From Chrysomallon squamiferum (taxonomy: Eukaryota; Animalia; Mollusca): 64,000 nucleotides of DNA. The translations under genes and the position numbers were made by a program. The stretch spans positions 6,820,001 to 6,884,000 of the forward strand of contig CM022665.1 in assembly GCA_012295275.1 (NCBI GenBank). Reading direction: 5' to 3'. The notes under the pieces are model-generated. The model was given only the letters and a program-made list of their open reading frames with translations. It did no database searches and was not told the DNA's origin. This document shows, one piece after another, positions 13,509 to 27,745 of the stretch (the stretch's first letter is position 1; each line of letters begins with the position of its first letter).

Positions 13509-16500
13509 TTAAATCTCAGAGTAGAAAGACAGTCGCTGTATCCCTAACAAAAAGAAAGTCAGTGGTGTTGTGTACACCGTGTTGAATGAAACAACAAAAT
13601 TGGTAATGTATTTGTATGGCAATTCTACAATCAGCTTCTGCTTAGTTTTAGGATCCTTTGAATCCAGTTTAAAAATGTAGCAAAGGGCAGCATATGTGAC
13701 GAACTTCAGAAAAAACAACACTGTTACAGATTGCATTAGCCCAAAAAAAAGTCTTATAGCTGAATATACCAACACATCAACCTGGAGGAAGGTTAAAGGG
13801 TATGGTGGCATAAGATCTGAAGGAGACATCAGTCCCTGCGCATAGTTGAGCCATGCTCCAAAATAGCAACCAGCACAGATGGAAATAATACCTGTTGTGT
13901 CTCCTCGCGCTGTGCTCCAGGTATCCAATTTTGGATATACAAAGGTGATCACTATGGGGGCTGGCAGCATAATCAGTGGTGCCATTGGATTTGTTAGCAG
14001 AAAATTATCCATTACATCCAGGTAAGGCATGATAATGAACATCATGACCACAGCAAAAAGCAGTCCTACAAGAACATCCTGTAAAGTACAATAAATGTCA
14101 TTTAATATTAATGTCTCAAAAAATCCTTTCCATATACAACAGACATATCATGTTTTGACAGAAATATCAACAGTTTTTTTTGAAACTGGTTTATTTGAAA
14201 TGGTTGAAGAAAAAATAGAATAATTAAATAAATAATACAACTGACAAATCTTTGAAATAAGAATAATAAAACTGATAATTGATCTGTTATTGTTTTTCAT
14301 ATCTAACTTTTAGGTGAATGTCTGATGTATTTATTTTCATGCTTGCCTTGACAGACATTTAGAATGTTATTTTGGCTAACTATTAGTAAATATAATAGTC
14401 AAACATCTAAGTAATTACCACTAATTAAAATGGAAAAAGTCTAATGTGAATTCTATATATACAAATATGATAACATTTTGCTAAAAAATATATATTTAAA
14501 ACAGACATATTACTTTATATATAAAGAAAACAAAATGGCTATTAAAAAGAAAGAAAAATGTCTAATATTCATTTTTATTCTGAGCAAATAATCTAAATAT
14601 AAACACAAAACAAACAGCAACAAAAGTGCCAAGAAACTAGATTATGAGCAAGAGTCATTGAAACAGTGATGACTTTCTGATACAACTACATGGTGACAGA
14701 CAAAGATGCAATATTTATCTATGAAGTGGCTCTTCAGCAGCATTATCTATCAAGCTGGATGTAGTCTGAAGATATCACTAAACACTATTAATGTCTGACA
14801 AAGTGAATTTCACCACAAATTTTAATTTTTTAACATTGATAGGGCAAGGAATCAAAAGACAGATAAAAGTTTCATATTCATGAGCTCAGCTGAAACATTT
14901 AGAACAAAAGATGAATAAATGCTTCAAGTGCAGGAAACTGCTGAATAATGAACATTAATTGAGATGGCAAACTCATCATTCAAATAAAACCTTCAAATGC
15001 TTCCTCATTAAAGTCCATATGATATTTTTGTATCAGTTTAGTACTGGGACACAGACATACCAAACTGATTTGTAAGTTCTGCGCTGTAGTTTTGAGACAC
15101 CTTTTTTGTTAATGAGATGAGAACCCTGAAGGTGGATCTAATTGGTTTGCATGTTCTGCATGAGCTGTGTTTGTTTCAACAGTACAGAATGTTATGTAAT
15201 TACTGTCCTGGATAGAATTTGTAATTACGCTTCCATTAATTGAGTAGGTACCTGTGTGTTTTTGTTTTTTGTTTACTTTTTCACATTTAACATTATGACA
15301 GCTGCACAACACTTTTATTGACATGTTAAGAGGCAGACGACATTTATATTACAACCAGCACACTTTTTGCTTAAATAGAAAGCGTGGACAGAAAATTTAC
15401 TAGAGGTGTACTACATTGCAATGCAGAGTCTTTGTTGTGACTGTGGACAACATGCTCCAGATGGCAGACCAGATACAGACAACCATGCGGCTGTGCCATT
15501 TATTAAGCACATTGATGCATTCATAGTGAAACTAATGGACAGAGCTAAAATGGAAACAATGCCAATTCCTAGGATTTATGTAGATGAGATTTCCAGTCTC
15601 AGGAAGAACCATGACTTTGTTCCTGACGGATTGTTAGCCGAGATTCCGCATTTCAGTGCCATCAAGACAATACTATACCAACAGCAACACAAAACCCTAT
15701 CCTGACTACCCCAGACAAGACAGGATATCAATTTAGAAGGAGATTGTTTTCTACACCAAATTGAAGGATGAGACCTAATACTGATCTTCACAAGATAGAG
15801 TTGTTGTGTGATGCTGATGTTGTATTATCAGACCGAACATTTTCTTCAGCACCCAAATGTTCAATTAGTTGTACACCATAAATGCAGAATCCATGTCAAT
15901 GTTTCTTCTTGTATATTCACTGCTCCCAAACTACACAGAAGACATATATATATACAACATTTCAATACCTTCAACAGGCTTGCCATGATCTGTGTTTCCA
16001 TTTAAATGTATATAAAAGATCCCTTGCTGGGTTTTTTTGGTTAAGAGTAGCCCATTCAGTGCATTTCTTCTTATCTCTGTGATCCTTAACCATGTGTGAT
16101 GCAAATATGTTTAATTTAATTAAAACAACATAACCAGCGATATGAATTCAGATTAAACTCAATCAGTGGAGTGTTTGCGTGGGATACTTGACACATAGGA
16201 TCATACTTCGTGTGTGTGTGTGTAAAACAGTGGAGGCATTGAAGATTAATTTCATTTTGCATCAAAATGTTTATTTTACAATGAAATTAGAGCATCATAT
16301 TTAAAGAAATATTTCTATACTCGACCCTCTACTTTTAACATAATCAATCTTCTGTCGTCAGAAAATATAAAAACTTTAAGGAATCTTGATAAATATGTAA
16401 TTTAATTTGTAACTACATATATATAACAACTATATGTTTATATTTTTATTATCCTAGTTCTTACAAGGCTTTTTTTCCTGTATTTGTATACTGTAACCTA

Positions 16501-17433
16501 TTATAACTGTTTCTGTTTTATAACTGTATTCTTGTCTGTTTTGTGTTTATAGTCACGCTGACTTTGGCAAATAAATAAACTGAAATTGTATTGTAGTAAT
16601 AGCTGCAGTACAGTATCATCTTGTTGTTACCGTTTGACTGAGCACACAGATACAACAACAATTAATGAGTACTGGGACAATGACAGACCATCACTGGTAC
16701 ATTTCAGCTTGTACCACTAAGCAGACACAATTCTAAGATCATTTATACAAGTTGTCAACTTTGCAGGCCATAACCATTTTATCTATGCTGTTTGTAAAGT
16801 TAGGTTTTACTCATTATGACAACATGTTAGTTATTCTGACAATTCATTATAATCTGAAATACACATTTTATAATCAAACTATATGCAGAACCTGGCAATT
16901 CTGTAATCTCATTGTACTTACCAAAATGTTATGCATGCCAAGATAAAGACGACTGAGACAAACAAGAAGACACCAAGAGCAGGCTATGACAACTCCTAGG
17001 ATAAAGGGGTACTGAAAGATAAAAAATTTTTTTTACCTTTTTAACAAGCACCAACAAATAACTGTGCAGCAAAGTTGAATATTAATTAAGTATCTGTTTT
17101 GTTATTTACAATGTTCTACAAATGTTAGGAATCTAAGATACTATTTGTAGATCATATTATTATAATTGTTTTAAAAGTTCTTTCAAAATCTACCTAACAA
17201 CTGAACAATATTTAATATATAAAAAAGTGATGGGCATTATTTATTAATTTACATTTTACATTAAAAAAACAACAACAAAAAAACCTTAAAAAACAAAATG
17301 TTATAATTTGCTCAATGAACTTTATTTATTAAAGCAATAATGCAACAGGGCAACTTTACTGAATGTCATAATTTTGTAAATAACATGCTTTAACCACTGT
17401 TAATATTTATTTTTATAATTATTTTAGTATATA

Positions 17434-17485
<52 letters not shown>

Positions 17486-19360
17486 ATAATAATTAAAATA
17501 ATAAACCTAATTAAAGCAGACGTATGAGAAATCTGTAAGCATTTTTGTGTATTTTTCAACAAACAATGATATCATGAAAAAAAGAAAATATCAGTTTTGT
17601 TGCATTATCATAAAGAGGCCAGTTTTGTATTATATTAGAAAAACATGATGAGCAGAACTATAAAATGCTCTGAGGCTATTTGTTCATACTGCCAGAAGCA
17701 CATTTAAAACAATTTTTTTCATAGATCTTTTCTGCATTATTAAATTGATTCAAAATCACTTCAAAATAAAGTAGTTAACATTAACACTCTTGAAAATTTT
17801 CATACATATTTGAATGTGCCTCTATTTTTAAATCAATTCACATTTATTTACATTAATCATTTGGAAGATAAAATATATTTACAAACTGAGATATTCAGAG
17901 CATTAACTGCCAAAAAATCAGATACCATCCTCACAAAGTCATGTAACAAAATTCTTATTATCTAGCATATAATTTAAACTGAACAAAAATATTTTATCAG
18001 ATAAACATAGTACTAAACAAACCCAAAAGTAGAACAAAGTTATCTTTTGATATCAGTTCTTTTTAAACATTGCTTCACTGTTTTTCAAATTTTGCTAATT
18101 TATTTTGTATTTGTACAGATTTAAAATAATAATAATAAAAAAAATCTAATAATAAATTAAATAATAACATTAGTAATATTCATAGTTTGCTCTTGCACTG
18201 AAAATAATGAGTTTTTATAAATGTATGTTACAAAAATTACAGTTTTGGGGAAGTATTAAAACACATAACATTTTTATCCCTGTAGCTGACTATTTTCATT
18301 GCTTTCTGTCACTTACTGAAAGACTGATTTAAATATTTGGATATGCAATATTACATGCTCTGAGGTAATGAGTTTAATCAAATTTAAATGTGTTGATGAC
18401 AGATGCCATAAACATTTGGCTGCATTTTTAATTAAAATCTATATATGTTATAACTATTAATAACTTTCGACCTTTCAAATATGTAACTCAGTTTAAAGAG
18501 GTGTTATTTTATTTTATCTAATGCTACTATACAAATACTTAAAATCTGATTTTCCCTCCCACCAAAGTCTGACTAAACGTTACCTCTTGGTATCTTTCAG
18601 CTGTCAAAATTAGCAGTGAAAAAGGAATTGCTGTCCCACAAATGGCATGCGTGGATGGCATTCCATATTCTAATTCATATCTTGTCTCAAGTCGAACAAC
18701 TGGTGGTGATTTGGGACGTGGAAAACGAACGATGTCTTTTGTTGCTTGTCCGAAGTACATACATATGGCCCACAGCAAGCAAACTTTGCGAGTTATAACG
18801 GCGTCCATGTTCCAGAAGGAAAAGGAATAAAACAAGATGTAAAATATTCCGTTTCCAAGTCCGGCACCAAATGAAAATAAATAATACAAAATGTTGTTTT
18901 CAATTCGATACGGAATTGTTCCAGTACGAATTACATTTTGCTTCTTGATTACTTTGACTTTTCGTTCGGAGTCACATGTGTCCGAAGTGGCTACCGGTAC
19001 ATACTTGCGCTGTATTAAACCGTTTTTATGCTGCATTCGAAAATTTTCCATATCGGTGTTGGCTTTATTTTGACGCTGTTCGCTGCCCATATCAATATTC
19101 CCATGAAATGACGTTGCAAATTGGGAATCTGCACTGATGGGTACCTCTCCGTTACAAATTAGCGTTGCCTTCCCAACAGAGAAGTCGTTCAAGACATGAC
19201 CATTATTACTGCAATCACAAGTATCGTGCGTTTTGCTGCATTTATCACTTGATGTTTCTGAATCGTCTTCGGTTACGACTGTTAATCCACAAAAGTGCTG
19301 AAATGTTGCAACTACATCCGGATCAAGAGTGTAGCTGAGAAATCTGGCAAACAATGACAT
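13509..19360 (-). CDS. SGPP1: Sphingosine-1-phosphate phosphatase (PAP2 family, SGPP1/2-like), 478 aa
   Basis: Exons 19360-18584, 17011-16922 and 14078-13509, all phase 0. PAP2 motifs C1 [10 protein letters not shown]2 GMPSTH and C3 [13 protein letters not shown]-terminus [25 protein letters not shown] resembles SGPP1; C-terminal WSTARGDT and VELPYKYIT. The SGPP1 versus SGPP2 assignment cannot be resolved. Confidence 0.93.
15323..16000 (+). mobile_element. Degenerate FLYWCH-containing Mutator-like (Phantom-type) transposase relic in SGPP intron 2
   Basis: [33 protein letters not shown] is a FLYWCH-like zinc finger with TAG at 15401 in place of the YWRC Trp. It is followed by frameshifted [13 protein letters not shown]...[12 protein letters not shown]...[10 protein letters not shown], resembling the linker of invertebrate MULE transposases. 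Ends not defined. Confidence 0.65.
17438..17480. repeat. (TA)n microsatellite
   Basis: About 21 TA units in SGPP intron 1. Similar TA/CA tracts occur at about 11720, 24170 and 24700-24760. Confidence 0.9.
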
Positions 19361-19852
19361 GTCGGAGTGAGGTTTAGATGTTGTTTTCACCCCTGCACTC
19401 GGTCATGGCATTTCCAGTCCTGCTACAAATTAGAGGTCGCTTCGCCTTGCCTGAACTAATGGGTAGATAACTGCACTGGCTACAACTGTCATCGACATCG
19501 TTACATGTGGCTTTTATTCGATAATAGTAAGAGTAAAAATTGCAGTGAAAATAAATAAACAACAACAACAACCATAATATATTATTGAAATTAAATAAAT
19601 TTGAATAGTAAAGCCAAAAACTGAATTTCAAGATCAATAAGTTAAGTTATTCTTTATTTTGATACGTCTGCTCGTGATGGTTGTCATTTAAAAAAATTAT
19701 TTTTGTAGTACCTATTTGGAAGAGCAAGAAAATAATAATTTTTTATTATAAAAAATACTACTACTGCTAATAATAAAATTAAATAAAATAATTAATAATA
19801 ATAAATATAAATTGTTATTATACGTTTTCCAAATGATTCGTTATGTGCTTCT

Positions 19853-19858
19853 CACGTG
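19853..19858. promoter_or_regulatory. E-box CACGTG in the CpG-rich SGPP upstream region
   Basis: Palindromic CACGTG about 490 bp upstream of the SGPP ATG. Function inferred only. Confidence 0.25.
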
Positions 19859-20927
19859 GTTTAATTTTGCACTTTTTTTTACACGGGGTCCTTTTCCACC
19901 TACACCCTCCGTCCATAGGTAATAGTTTAATAAAGTTTAGTTTGTGAAATGATACATTGAATCACTTGCTACGTAAAAATCTAGAATGTATAATGTATCA
20001 TTTATAATAGCTGAAAAGTAAATGACTAAATAATATAGTGGTTTAATCTGTTAAAACATTAATAACAAAAACAAAACAAAAAAGAATAACTCACTGTTGT
20101 CCTTAATTATTTTCCTTTTTTAAATACCGAAATATGTCATTTAACTATTTGACCGAACAAACGATAACAACGAAATGTATCAGAATTAGATCAACATCCA
20201 GAGATGACAGATGACAATACACGCGATCAAAGTTCAGACTGCGCAAATATGTATTCCACTCTGCATATGCATACAGGAACAATTAATAGATAATATCAGC
20301 ACATGTATAAATTAATAAAATAAATACATCTGGTATGTACTGTGAGGTAAATGACGACTGGTTTAAACATTAGATTTAGTACAGATTTAAACACAAGTAA
20401 CTTTAAGCACAATCGTGGACTAGCAAAGCTATATTAATTTTGATGTGTGTGTGATTACAAAAATTAAAAATAAAATAAAAATAAATAAATACAAATCGAA
20501 TGCAGTCATAAAAATACTATTTTGCTGTTACAGGATATAAACAGGATATATCTAACTAGTATAAGAATGCTTTTATTATAAAATCAGTCCAATGGCAACA
20601 ACCACGTTTTTTTTTATGACAAGCATATTTTAGCATCGACCTAATATGTTTTGTTATTATTGTTGGTGGTGGTGGTGGCGGCGTTTTCAGTGAAAGGCAC
20701 CCTTAGGTGAACATATCTTAAAGTTCGTTTTAAATGACTAGGTAAAATCGATCAAAATGCGTTCGTCGAGCTTGCGATATGAACATCCATGTATATACGA
20801 CATGCAATATACGTTAAACGGGAATCAGCGAGCTCGTATAATATTTCACAATAGTGCCATTTAAAAGTATGTATTTTTAAAGTAAAATCTTAGTTGTGTG
20901 TGCATGTCTCTGTGTGTTTAAAGACGT

Positions 20928-22268
20928 CACACTATTAAGGAGCATGCAATCATTGCCCTTATCTTTAGAAACGTTTTTTTTAGATAACACAAATTTCCTT
21001 TTAATGGATTTCCAGCAAAACACAGTAAGACTAAATTGACAACCTGCCTCGAAACATCCACTGTGTTCTCGAGCACCATTTTTACTTGCTTAGCACAAGT
21101 ACAACTCAATGCATACCGGTTTTAGCAATAAAATGGATGAGCATTTTCCTTCCATCATCACTTTAAATTTGAAGATGGTTCAACAACTCAGTTTGCAAGA
21201 CAGGACAAGATGTGTGGCTCACCGTTTAAATGTAAGCCTAAATGTTATCTGTAGACAATGGAAGAGTTTCAGGACGACTATTTCTATTTAGAATTGCTCC
21301 TCTTGTGGAAGACCACGATCAACAACACGAGAAGACCGTTTCGTGATGATAACGGAGTTGCGACATCGTTTTGTGACTGTAGGGCGTCTTCGTGATCAAC
21401 TCAGAGCTGCCACAGGCAACACTGTGCCTGACCAGACCTTTAAGAATCATGTCATCTGCGAGACCAAGGTTTACCACGTCGGCGTCCCGTAGTCCGACCA
21501 CAGCTACTTGTCCGTCACAGAAGGGTCCGCCTTTATTGATGTAGATGTTATATCCAGTGGTACTGTGGGCAGTGGGCAAATACATTATTCACAGATGAGT
21601 TATGGTACTTGTTCTAGTTCAGTGGTAGCCGGGTTCGTGTTGCCATTGTCAAGGAGAATAGTGTAATGGTGTGGGCGGGCATGAATCACAGAGCCCCTCT
21701 GTATATCATGAATGGATATCTGACTGGTTAGCGTTATAACAACGAGATTGTTCAACCTTTTGAATTTCCACTTCTGCAGCGGATTGGACCAGGAACTTGG
21801 TCGCAGGATGACACTGCAAGATCTCATCATGCCAGGTTGGTGACCGACTTCCTTCAGCAGCAGCAGGAGGTTCACCCATAGAGTATGCGTTGGATGAACT
21901 AAGACGGCGATTTCACATCCATGCCGTCATTCCAGCAACTGGCTCAGCAATTAGTTTCAGAATGGTAAGCGATTCCTCAACGTTATTTCCAGCGCCTGGT
22001 TAACGGCATGTGCCAACATTGTCAAGAATGTATGAATGCTAATAGCGGCAACACCAGTTACTGATGCTTCTACTACATATGAACATAATGTTTTAGGGGT
22101 GCATGACTTTCTCCATCTGGACAGTAAACTAGTTTCCAAGCAAAGGTTTTTTCTTTTGTGTTTTCTGTTCTCGACACATCAGATAAATAATCTGTCATCG
22201 GTCGTCACATTAGCTTATTTTTAATTGCACAAATATTTTTTTACCTTTAACTCCTTTTCAGTAGTGTG
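20928..22268 (+). mobile_element. Tc1/mariner transposon relic (disrupted transposase, about 21175-22064)
   Basis: Fragments VAHRLNVSLNVICRQWKSFRTT, GRPRSTTREDR, LFTDE, SVMVWAG, QDDTARSH, PIEYALDEL and the terminus GNTSY*, with stops and frameshifts. Degenerate terminal inverted repeats CACACTA...AAGGAG at 20928 and 22268. Confidence 0.85.
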
Positions 22269-22369
22269 TGCATCTATGTGTTGTACACATCTAAATATTG
22301 GATAGATTAAACGAAATTGTGATGCATCAAATTCTCATGCCCAGAAACCTAAGTGCCGATTCAACGTAA

Positions 22370-22890
22370 GGCCACTATACACCAAACACGATTTTATTAA
22401 CTATTTTCGCCGTAATGTTGAAAAAGGACACGCGTGCAGACCAAATGCGGTTGTTGCCACGGCTGAAGTCCGTGGCACACCTGATGAGATTTTCGCAGTA
22501 CATTTCTTCACTATTTTCACCGAGATATAGAAAAGACGATGGCAGAGGATTTTTGCGTTATCCAGTGGCGTGCAGAGATCTGGTGATGCCCGGGGCCATC
22601 TCCTTGATTGTATACACCAAAAACTCAAGTATAAGGCCTAGTACTGAGAAATATTATGAGAAAGGAAGATATTTTGAATATGTAAACACAGATGAAACAC
22701 ACAATAAAAACTTTATTAAATTTCAGTATAAATTAACCAAATTTTTAAAATTATTTCTTTTATTCGTGAAATCGCACTGATAAACGCTAGCAAAATCGCG
22801 TTCGGTCTACATGCAGTGATACACTGGTAACGCAGCGGAATTTCCGCTAACTCGTGTTCTACTTTCGCGGAGACTGGTAAACATTGTAAA
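22370..22890. mobile_element. Degraded MITE-like / nested non-autonomous DNA element cluster
   Basis: Imperfect inverted repeat 22378-22400 (TACACCAAACACGATTTTATTAA) versus 22787-22809, internal hairpin TGCCACGG-7nt-CCGTGGCA, and a CAGTGGCG...GCCCGGGGC element-like start at 22563. GC/CpG-rich. Confidence 0.35.
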
Positions 22891-23059
22891 ATCGTGCTAA
22901 GTACCTGACATCCAGATTGATGGAGAAAAGTATAATAGGTGTTTAACTAATGATAAAAAATCTATCAAGATTAAACTGGTGCATTTCAAGTGCAGTGACT
23001 CATGCTGACATTCATTCATGACTGCTTGATCAGTAGAGTAACAATCACAAGATGATATC

Positions 23060-23125
23060 AACTTTCATCAGTAAATGATGTTCCTATCGAACCAGTCAGC
23101 ACCAGTCAAATACCTTGTATCTGGA
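23060..23125 (+). mobile_element. Possible non-LTR (L2/CR1-like) reverse transcriptase fragment
   Basis: SVNDVPIEPVST followed by frameshifted VKYL(G)I resembles the I-E-x-V-x-x-x-K-Y-L-G motif of LINE RT domains. Very short. Confidence 0.3.
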
Positions 23126-23269
23126 AATGTGTATTGTGTACTACGTTTGCCACACTTGTTTACCAACTTCTTTCAGCCAAGGTCTGGTTTTCATTAATTG
23201 GCGATAATCTCTAATTTTCCATAACTTGTGCTGTTCTACCTATATTTGTTCCAACACGTGTAACTGAAG

Positions 23270-23300
<31 letters not shown>

Positions 23301-23325
23301 ATACCGTGATAAAATATCAAATAAA

Positions 23326-23356
<31 letters not shown>

Positions 23357-24166
23357 CATATTTATTCTATTTTCTTCATCAGTTAAAAGAATTATTTTTG
23401 TAATGGCATTTCTCTCATTTACTGCAATTTTCACAATTCTATTTGATTTACAATAATAATGTTTTGAATGGTATCAATTCATGAATGACAAAAATAAATA
23501 AATAAATAAAAATAATAAACAGAAATAAATAGAAAAAATAAATGACAAAATAATATAATATATCTATATATATATATATAGATATATTAATTTTTTTTAA
23601 ATTTCTAAAAATAAAAAGTAAGAAAGGAGGGAAGGAAAAGTACATCTATTGAACTATTGGAAACAAAACGAAGAAAAAGGATAGTCATAAAACATCAAAA
23701 CTTATCAATAAAACCCAACACAGATCAAAGTAGGCAGGGAGGTAAGGAAGTTAACACAATTTAATTTGTAGGTATTATTATTTATCATCATCATCATTTT
23801 CAAAACTAAATTTGAATAGTCACACACTTATCTAAATGGACAATGTAAGCAAAATAAGTATGCTAACTGAACAGCTGCTAACTTACTACTTTATTTTAAA
23901 CACATTTAGAGCATCAGTCTGAACAGTCACATCTTACTCATTTTCACTGATGTCACTGGTTTACAAGCTATCCCAGCATGCAATATATCATGGTCACTTT
24001 ACTTTTTCATTTCACAGCAGTTAACAGTAACACAGATGCTTGTTCCAAGTTATAGAAGTCCTTCATCCATGTATCATTTTAGAATGTAGCCAGTTAACAA
24101 ACTGTTTATATAATGAAGTTTGTTGCCTACAATTGAAAACCAACCCCTAATTTTATATAATTTTAT

Positions 24167-24202
<36 letters not shown>

Positions 24203-24706
24203 ATTATTTTTTTTTTGTAGCAAAGTAACAGTAGATGTGCACATCTCATGTTAGAAAAAGTGGGACTGACATCATGTGATAACAAGCAATTGATGAGGAA
24301 ATTTTTAAATTATTATTAAAATAACCTATATTCAATCTTAAAATTTCCACTTCCATGCAGTTTTTATTTTTAAAAGGATTCACAATGACTAGAGATTAGC
24401 TATTACCAAAAAAAACAACAACTGAATAATGATAGTTGACTTAACTTTAAACTTTTAAACTAAATTTTAGCTGAAAGATTTTTTAAATGTAAAAATAATC
24501 CTTTTGTTTTTGTTAATATATATTTCTTTTCAAAATAAGAACCAAACAGACTAGAGAATTCATATGTTCTGACAAATATACTGCTCATAAATAATTTATT
24601 TTCTTTCACTAACATTTCATGTTCTATGTCAAAATTAACATCATTATTTCAGGTGAAAAAAATGAGAAATAAGTGTATGTATGTATGTGTGTATATACAT
24701 ATACAC

Positions 24707-24763
<57 letters not shown>

Positions 24764-27745
24764 TATATAAATATATATATATTTTTTTAACAAATATATA
24801 CCATGTTTTATTATTTACAATTGAAATAAAACACTTTTAATGAAATTAAAAACTTTTTATACAGATTACTTTATACAATTTACTACTTCTATTTAGTGTT
24901 AAAGAACATAAAAGAATATATATGGTATACTAGTTACAACAGATAACTATCTATTGATTTGGGGTAAGAAAAGTTCAGCCTTCTACCTAAGTGGCTGGCA
25001 GATGTCCATTTCAAGAATTAGTAACACTAGTAATTACTTACCAAGCTACAAATTTTAACAGTAACAAAATACATCAACACAGGTGGACATCAACAGTTAG
25101 CTTTTTGCATTAGGTACAAACTAACATTGTTAATTACCAAACATTTAAATTATAATCATAGCTCTATTATATCCATTATGACAATTGGGAATGAAGATCA
25201 TAATGAACAATTTAAAAAAATTAAAACCAAATATCAATAATACCAGTTAATTTTTAATTGAATGAATCAATTAGATCTGTTGGAAAAAAAAAAAAAAAAA
25301 AATATATATATAAATAATAATTTAAAAAATAAGATACTAGTCCTCAAATGCAAAGCACAAAATATTTTAGCCAATTTATTTAGTATCTGAACAGGTTTTG
25401 TACGTGAAGTTACATTCATACCATTTAAGACATTAACATGCATTTTGACCAAATGAGATCTAATGGGCGTTTATAAAATATTACCTGTTAAAATGGCTAT
25501 CATTCTACAATCATTTAATTTCTAATGTTTTGAAAAATATTTCTATTTATGGACTATTAATATTACTGATGATTATTGCTATTTATCCTTCTATAAATAC
25601 TGGAAGACATATATATTATTATTCATGTTTCATTTAGGTTCTGTAAAAGCAATGTATTTCCATTTTATAAAACACAAACAACTTGTGGAAAATTATTTCA
25701 TTATTGATTTTTTTATTTCATTTTACCTATTCAAGGGTGTGCAATGTTTCTTGAACATAAAACATTTCAGTGGCAATATATTTAAGATAAAAATCAATTA
25801 ACCATTTAACATTCATTTCATAATTGACATTTTAAAACATTTCTGAATTTTTTATCTCCAATTTTTTATTTTTTGACCAATATTTATTTTCTCTGCATGC
25901 ATCATTAAATTATACTGCAGAGCTTGTAATGTATATGGAGTAATCAGTTTCTAGCATTTAAGAACTTTGAAAATATCTTCCGCATTTTGAGCTTAACATG
26001 TTACTGCTAAAGTAATTTGAAATGTACAGAAATTGATACAATTCCAAATGTAAAAATTCTAAAATATTTTCTAATCACAGGATTTGTGCATGAGATTAGT
26101 TTTTGAAGGTATGTTGGTAATTAAAATAGATAAAGCAGTCCTTGAGTTGAGCTAACTTTAGATGTCTTATACATTTGGATACATTAATTCAACATTAAAA
26201 TTATTAATAACAACATATTGTAACAAAACTTATTCTATAATTAATGTCAAGTAATATACTTGTTGTACCAAAATCAGCAGACACAAAGCAAACAAAAGTT
26301 AACACACAAGATGGTCTGCTAATATAACAGTAGTATGCCATCAGTCAACATTTCTTAAATAAAACGTTTGAAATTTACTTTTTCAAAGGTAGCCATGATG
26401 CTGAAGGGAGTGGATCGCAAGGACCAACATACTGAACTAAAGTCATGAAGATTACATAAAATACTTTTAAAATCTATTTGCTCTTTTTTCTTTGTACAAT
26501 ATCTTACAATGTGAACCCCACAAATTAACATCCTATATGTTATATAATAATAATTATTTTGTTTTAATTTTTAATGTGTACAAAATTCTATTAGAGATAT
26601 GTAAACATTATCTAGTCTCTAAAGGCATTTTGTGGTTACAAAAGAACCATAATCATTAAATATTCACATTAAAATACAAATCAACAAAATAATTTGGTGA
26701 TGTCATCTTGTGGATGTTGTATAGCCTAGTCAGTTCATTAGTCAGTGACAGCCGTTCAGGTGACAATTTCAAGTATGTGAACCACTCATTACAGTTCCAA
26801 GAACAACACTGCAAGTTTTTCTTCCTGTAAAGCATAATAACAAGTCCACACACAATATCTCTCACAAATTAATGTAGAAAAAATATCCTCTTAATCTACA
26901 TGCATTTTCATGATTCCATTTTAAAAAATGTACATACTGACATGCACACACACACCACACATACATAAAAATAAAAAATAAATTCCCTCAACAAAGATCT
27001 GCTAATAGAATGCAGTAAAACCTTAGTTGCTTTCCCAAATATCAACTCTTCCAAGATTCTTTAAAAGAAAAATGAAAACAGAAATGGATTGCTTAGTTAA
27101 TTTCATTAGGATTTTTACATCTTTAAATAACGGATGACAGAATAATTTTGTGAAATCTTTTATATACCTTTCCCAATTTAAAATGGGAATGAAATAATTT
27201 TATTAAGCTTGCACATGGGAAGCATGATAAAACAGTTTTAAATTCTCATGTCAATGGCCAACAAGTAGAATTTAATTAATTTTATCATTGCCAAGCCATT
27301 TTATATATATATATATATATGTATATAAAAAAAAATGCAAAAACAATATTTATTTTAATAAGTTAGAAAAAACAACAACCAAAAAAAAAACCATTAAGTA
27401 AAATGAATAATACATGATTAAACAATCAGAGATTAATATAACATTTCATTATCTGACAGATTATCTTGCAATATTAAATGAAAACAAAAAAGGCATTACT
27501 GTATTCTGCTGTGGCTAGGATGCCACCACATATCACATTTATTACACTATATATGACCTAAGAGGAGAATCTGTGTCAAAAATATTGGCACTCTTTGCAG
27601 ATCCCTGAATACTGAAGATCTGTTCTTGAATATGCTTAACACAGTAAAGAGATAGTGCAGCTTTGTTAGCTTTCATCTTTTGATAAGGCCATATATACAG
27701 AAGCAGCTGCCATTGTTTTACTGTATGTCTAAGCTAGTACTTTCT

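Noticed and set aside
22470-22535. Second CTGATGAG hammerhead-like motif
   Set aside because: No stem II-GAAA arrangement follows.
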